A stretch of 64,000 nucleotides of DNA from NCBI GenBank assembly GCA_918797485.1, contig CAKKNE010000003.1:2914001-2978000 (forward strand). The letters are read 5' to 3'. Positions 61,301 to 64,000 of the stretch are shown piece by piece. Source of the stretch: Pelagomonas calceolata (taxonomy: Eukaryota). The notes under the pieces are model-generated. The model saw only the letters and a list, made by a program, of their open reading frames with translations. It was not told the DNA's origin and did not search any database. A program made the position numbers and the translations under genes. Every line of letters begins with the position of its first letter. Within the stretch, counting starts at the first letter, position 1.

Positions 61301-61639
61301 CACGAAACATCGCGCACATAATGTTTCCTGGCACGCCGTGCAGCGGGCCACCGCCGGCCGCTTCTCGCACTCCTCGCAGAGCAGTCTATGCGAACTATTT
61401 GTCTTCTCGAGGTCCGCGTAGGTCTCGATCGCGTCGGCCTCATTCTCATTCTCCGCCCGGACCGAGTTGAGCGCGATCGTCGTGTCTAATGTCACCGTGT
61501 CCTCGTCGGAGTTTTGCGAAGTGGGCGACGTCGGCGACGCGAGGGCCGCGACCGCGTCGAGGTTGCCCTGCTCGCGCGCGTCGCCGGCGGGGTCGGGGTA
61601 CATCCGGCCCGGGCGGGTCTGCTTGCCGCGGCGCCACAT
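58388..61639 (-). CDS. B-box zinc finger, IQ-like and dual-specificity-phosphatase-like protein (catalytic Cys absent)
   Basis: CEECEKRPAVARCTACQETLCARCFVLTH; TIQRNWK; SNWVVPGLLCMGAYP; VYVYSRLGHGRAGMVCALVLGRLY; CPQSLSQ. Confidence 0.8.
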   Translation of the reverse strand: MWRRGKQTRPGRMYPDPAGDAREQGNLDAVAALASPTSPTSQNSDEDTVTLDTTIALNSVRAENENEADAIETYADLEKTNSSHRLLCEECEKRPAVARCTACQETLCARCFVLTHPPRPGGNEHDHLRHGKVRALCLDDTSGALQGTRLGTLNKGGARLCHELAHGMTSELTEADLEARGVDLTVPVAQEAPLINYCAGDVERDIHNDAWRAGEVVLVISDEADREDASSDEDAPVRSPDKAAGAGVFAARRRRGPKLFRRKRERWGLLVDVPERTYKEPSHEEIHQHHTLPKKPPVVVGDGAVRYCRVQICGSCSGDYVRECDAARDERLIHRVKLDDARRSRTGFVNAARAGYVNVESRDFRAPLPIQVPEDRRMELVREEFVERPEMRRALLVEARRVACNQVLRAVDRRFANQIKQGYVNDWRANARRMRRAERNRCSSTIQRNWKNMRWWRHKEALEQAAADAAYEATRQIHRKFKYVTDPSRFSSCYTTDGSVYFETQVELNEYMACLRDKCKLVADKWTERGQRFVHLYFRHWRQEAQFLRDKELVGETHFEGLTTNQQLELKAAIQRDKEDMLNRAPWHPACGIDLPPLPDMGGHRGKANALIIDDEDVHFNFKMKMKGPADVSNWVVPGLLCMGAYPSGPKRLCATRDFDFEEDEIGCAGSIVFNGVRVFVDLMPEAEARIHADSLGDQWRRIELAGKKLLMAEEEVSRKAQLVFGEKSTDELGAVTCALQAILDRTHTAESGVLVKATTNHLFADQAVKRCPRYKPWDARYEESEKEYNTCMAKLRLARNAMDAAKRRLKKLPHRLRTIRYAVEPEKCGDEETLIRVCEAIEHELRQGVGVYVYSRLGHGRAGMVCALVLGRLYGLTAAEALFRIQCYHDCRRSVEVAKRAFSCPQSLSQRSLVERCLLHTDPIYNTVEQKSRWKDTKFSGAPRNNGVPQLEDLKLRDEPRDPRDNKSWQIRKSERRPWRSHVVEEGAIVQVEEEPSERMKNAHPVEVVQSPTMRSLRPRTVKQELDLAKKKKFVRTKLPRAEKTIERLEEEEAERARAKSPARFTPIRRKSRASFDSVENW

Positions 61640-62112
61640 CGTGCTGTACGGTCTCGTCTAGCCGGTGACCGGGCCCGGGGGCGGCTGCTTATGTGTACGG
61701 CTGGAGGGGCAGCCCCTGCCTAGCCGGCGACTCGATGCGGCGTCATCACGTTGTGCGTGTGCCGTGGAGAACGCACGTCTGCTGCTGTTTTTGCGTAAGG
61801 CTGTCGCGTCGAAAGCTTCGAGCGGCCAGGGGCCAGGGCTCGTCGTTTTGCGTTAACCCAAATAATCCCCTAGCGTAGCCCCTCTAGCCTCCTCAGCCTC
61901 AGCCTCAAAGCACGCCAGGAATCGCGCGCAGGAGATCTGGGCCCGGCAGCGCACCGGGACTTATACAAAGCCCGCTCTCAACGGCCATAACCCGCACGAA
62001 ATAGAAAGAGGTCTCCCGAGGCCCGCGTCGCCCCCCCAAGGCCGCCATCTACGCCGCCGAGGCGACGTGAACCTCAAAATATTAGTAAAAACAAGTTACC
62101 CGGCACCACTCC

Positions 62113-63228
62113 CTAGGTCCCCGAGTCCTTCTGCGGCAGCTTCCGGCCCTCCCAGTCCTTCCACTCCATCCCGGCCGGCGCCTGGCGGACCGACGGGTCC
62201 TCGTAGTCCGTCTTCTCGACGTCGCCCCAGTTTGTGGAGAGGACCGTGCCGCCGGACGTCTGGAAGGACTTGTTCATGGCCCGCCGCGTCTCCGGCGTCG
62301 CCTTGCCGTAAATCTCGGCGAAGAGTTTATTGAGGGCCTCCTCGCCCTCGGGCTTGTCCTTCTCGAGCTCGGCCTCCATTTCTTTTTCCAAACGGTTCCA
62401 GTCGCGCTGCGACGCGTAGGGCGTCGCCGTTGAGGTTGTTGATTGGACCGGCCGCCGCGTCGGCGGGATGATCTTCTTCTCCCCTATCAAATCGCCCTTG
62501 AGCAGCTCGTTCCAGTTGAACTGCTCCTTCTTCTTGAGCTTGATGTCGACCTTGCTGTTGTAGTGTTTTACCTTGCAGTCCTCCACGACTACTGGATCAT
62601 ATAACTCGCCACTAATCACAGTCATCTCCGTATCATTCTTTCGTACCTTCACGACGAGCGTCTTCTCGCGAATATCAATCGTACAATCCTCCTCTTTTAT
62701 TTGTTGCGCCAAGAGCGTGATCGTGACGTGGGACGACGTCTGGTAGTATTGATACTTGATCGTACAAGGCACTACTTTTAAACCCGAATTGGTTGGTAGC
62801 GGTGCGGTCGCGATGGGCTGGGCTTGTGTCGGGACGTTCTCCTCCTCGTCGTCGTCGTCGTCGTCGCTCGCCTCGAGCTCCGCCTCGCATTTCCGCAGCC
62901 ACATCGCGTACTTCCGCGCGTCGATCAAATTCGGGTCGCAGGCCTTCAGGCCCGCCTGGAACGCGTCGAGGGCGCTCTCGAACTCGTCCAATTCGAAACA
63001 AGCGACGCCCTTTCTGTATAACGAGGGCTCATGAGTAGGGTCGAGCTTGAGCGCGGCGGCCGCGTCCTGGAGCGCGTCCGTGAAGCGCCTCTCTCGAATG
63101 TGGAGCGCCGCGCGGCCGGCGTAGGCCGCCGCCGTCGGCGCCTCCTGGATGCTCCTTTCAAAAGCTATGAGTGCGGCCGCCGGGTTGTCGTCGCAGACAT
63201 GCTGGTTGGCTAGTGCTAGCTGGGCCAT
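62113..63228 (-). CDS. SUGT1: SGT1 co-chaperone (TPR-CS-SGS)
   Basis: TPR; KYQYYQT (CS); RDWNRLE..GEEALNKLFAEIY..RRAMNKSFQTSGGTVLSTNWGDV (SGS). Confidence 0.96.
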   Translation of the reverse strand: MAQLALANQHVCDDNPAAALIAFERSIQEAPTAAAYAGRAALHIRERRFTDALQDAAAALKLDPTHEPSLYRKGVACFELDEFESALDAFQAGLKACDPNLIDARKYAMWLRKCEAELEASDDDDDDEEENVPTQAQPIATAPLPTNSGLKVVPCTIKYQYYQTSSHVTITLLAQQIKEEDCTIDIREKTLVVKVRKNDTEMTVISGELYDPVVVEDCKVKHYNSKVDIKLKKKEQFNWNELLKGDLIGEKKIIPPTRRPVQSTTSTATPYASQRDWNRLEKEMEAELEKDKPEGEEALNKLFAEIYGKATPETRRAMNKSFQTSGGTVLSTNWGDVEKTDYEDPSVRQAPAGMEWKDWEGRKLPQKDSGT

Positions 63229-63611
63229 TCTGCTTCGGGCGCTGCGCAGCGGGCGGTCGCGATGCAGCGTCAGCGGAAGTGTTGCCTTGCCCAGGTACAC
63301 TCTGGACTGCTCTTCTTCGTTTTTCGAGATCTATCAGCTTAGCGTCTGTAAACACACTAGCAAAAACACCAAGCACTAGCAAAAACGCCGTGCTCCTGGG
63401 AGACCTTTCAAACTTTTCAGAAGAGTCCTGCATGCAATAATCTTGCTCAAAAGCGACAAGTGAGTCGAGCGCGCGTGCGCCGATCTGCGAGGTTGTAAAG
63501 CAGCACATTCATTTGATTAGTTGCAAGAAATATTGGCATTTGATTGCTGCTATAATTCTCTCAGCGATTTCGACAAGCATTTTGCAACACAGCAGCACCT
63601 TGGAGGCAAAA

Positions 63612-64000
63612 ATGCGCCTCATCGTGCTTGTCAGCATTGCCAACGCCGTCGTATCGATGCGACCGATGCAAAAGACGATGCAAAAGGCATTGCGGAAGGC
63701 CGTCGCACCGACGGCCGCCGCAATTGCACTGCTCGGCGGTAGTACTGCAGCCAACGCGGCACTGCGAGAAGACGTTGTCGAGCTCGCGGACGCGAGCTAC
63801 CCCATCCTCAAGCAGTTCAAGCCCGAGGCCTTTCAGCCCTTCGTGGGTAAAGTAAGCGCCATCCTCGTCAAGTCGCCGGAGTTCGCGGCAACCGTCGACG
63901 CCGCGCTCGACTGGTTCAACAGCGTGCCCGACGCCAACGTAGCCAAGACGACGGACGCGGTCAAGGCCGCGATGGACGGCCTGGACCCGGCGAGCTGCGA
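63612..64000 (+). CDS. Thylakoid-lumen-targeted helical protein, possibly peridinin-chlorophyll-protein (PCP)-like; 3'-truncated by window
   Basis: Open frame from ATG 63612 to the window end: MRLIVLVSIANAVVSMRPMQKTMQKALRKAVAPTAAAIALLGGSTAANA-ALREDVVELADASYPILKQF...; absent from the ORF track because it has no stop. Confidence 0.7.
   Translation, partial: MRLIVLVSIANAVVSMRPMQKTMQKALRKAVAPTAAAIALLGGSTAANAALREDVVELADASYPILKQFKPEAFQPFVGKVSAILVKSPEFAATVDAALDWFNSVPDANVAKTTDAVKAAMDGLDPASC

Overview
Eukaryotic, GC- and CpG-rich, gene-dense (about 40 genes in 64 kb) and intron-poor nuclear DNA, most likely from a pelagophyte alga (Pelagomonas/Aureococcus-like). The taxon is an inference from a stramenopile-type actin, a plastid-targeted phytoene desaturase, introner-type introns and a pelagophyte-type 'TLDDLREAV' family relic. 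Most genes are housekeeping: SelO, MTHFS, YqgF, TrmH/SpoU, RPL3, trehalase, CSN6, DEK-like, AAR2, atlastin, NBAS/Sec39, TSEN54, a kinase, proteasome beta6, membralin, ALKBH1, PDS, AdoMetDC, actin and SGT1. Signals beyond the ORF track: (1) a UGA-Sec C-terminus on SelO with a non-canonical SECIS; (2) a transposon-like spliceosomal intron (15-bp TIR, 8-bp TSD) plus degenerate GC-AG relatives; (3) a MAGDIS-like hexapeptide uORF (MSADIK) just before AdoMetDC; (4) a 21-23 bp CTAGTGtcTTAC-N3-5-CGCTAG element found about 11 times, mostly in divergent promoters; (5) a lumen-targeted protein resembling dinoflagellate peridinin-chlorophyll protein; (6) a signal-peptide-bearing proteasome beta6, a split J-domain protein and a pseudophosphatase. 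All homology calls come from motif recognition by eye; no searches were run.
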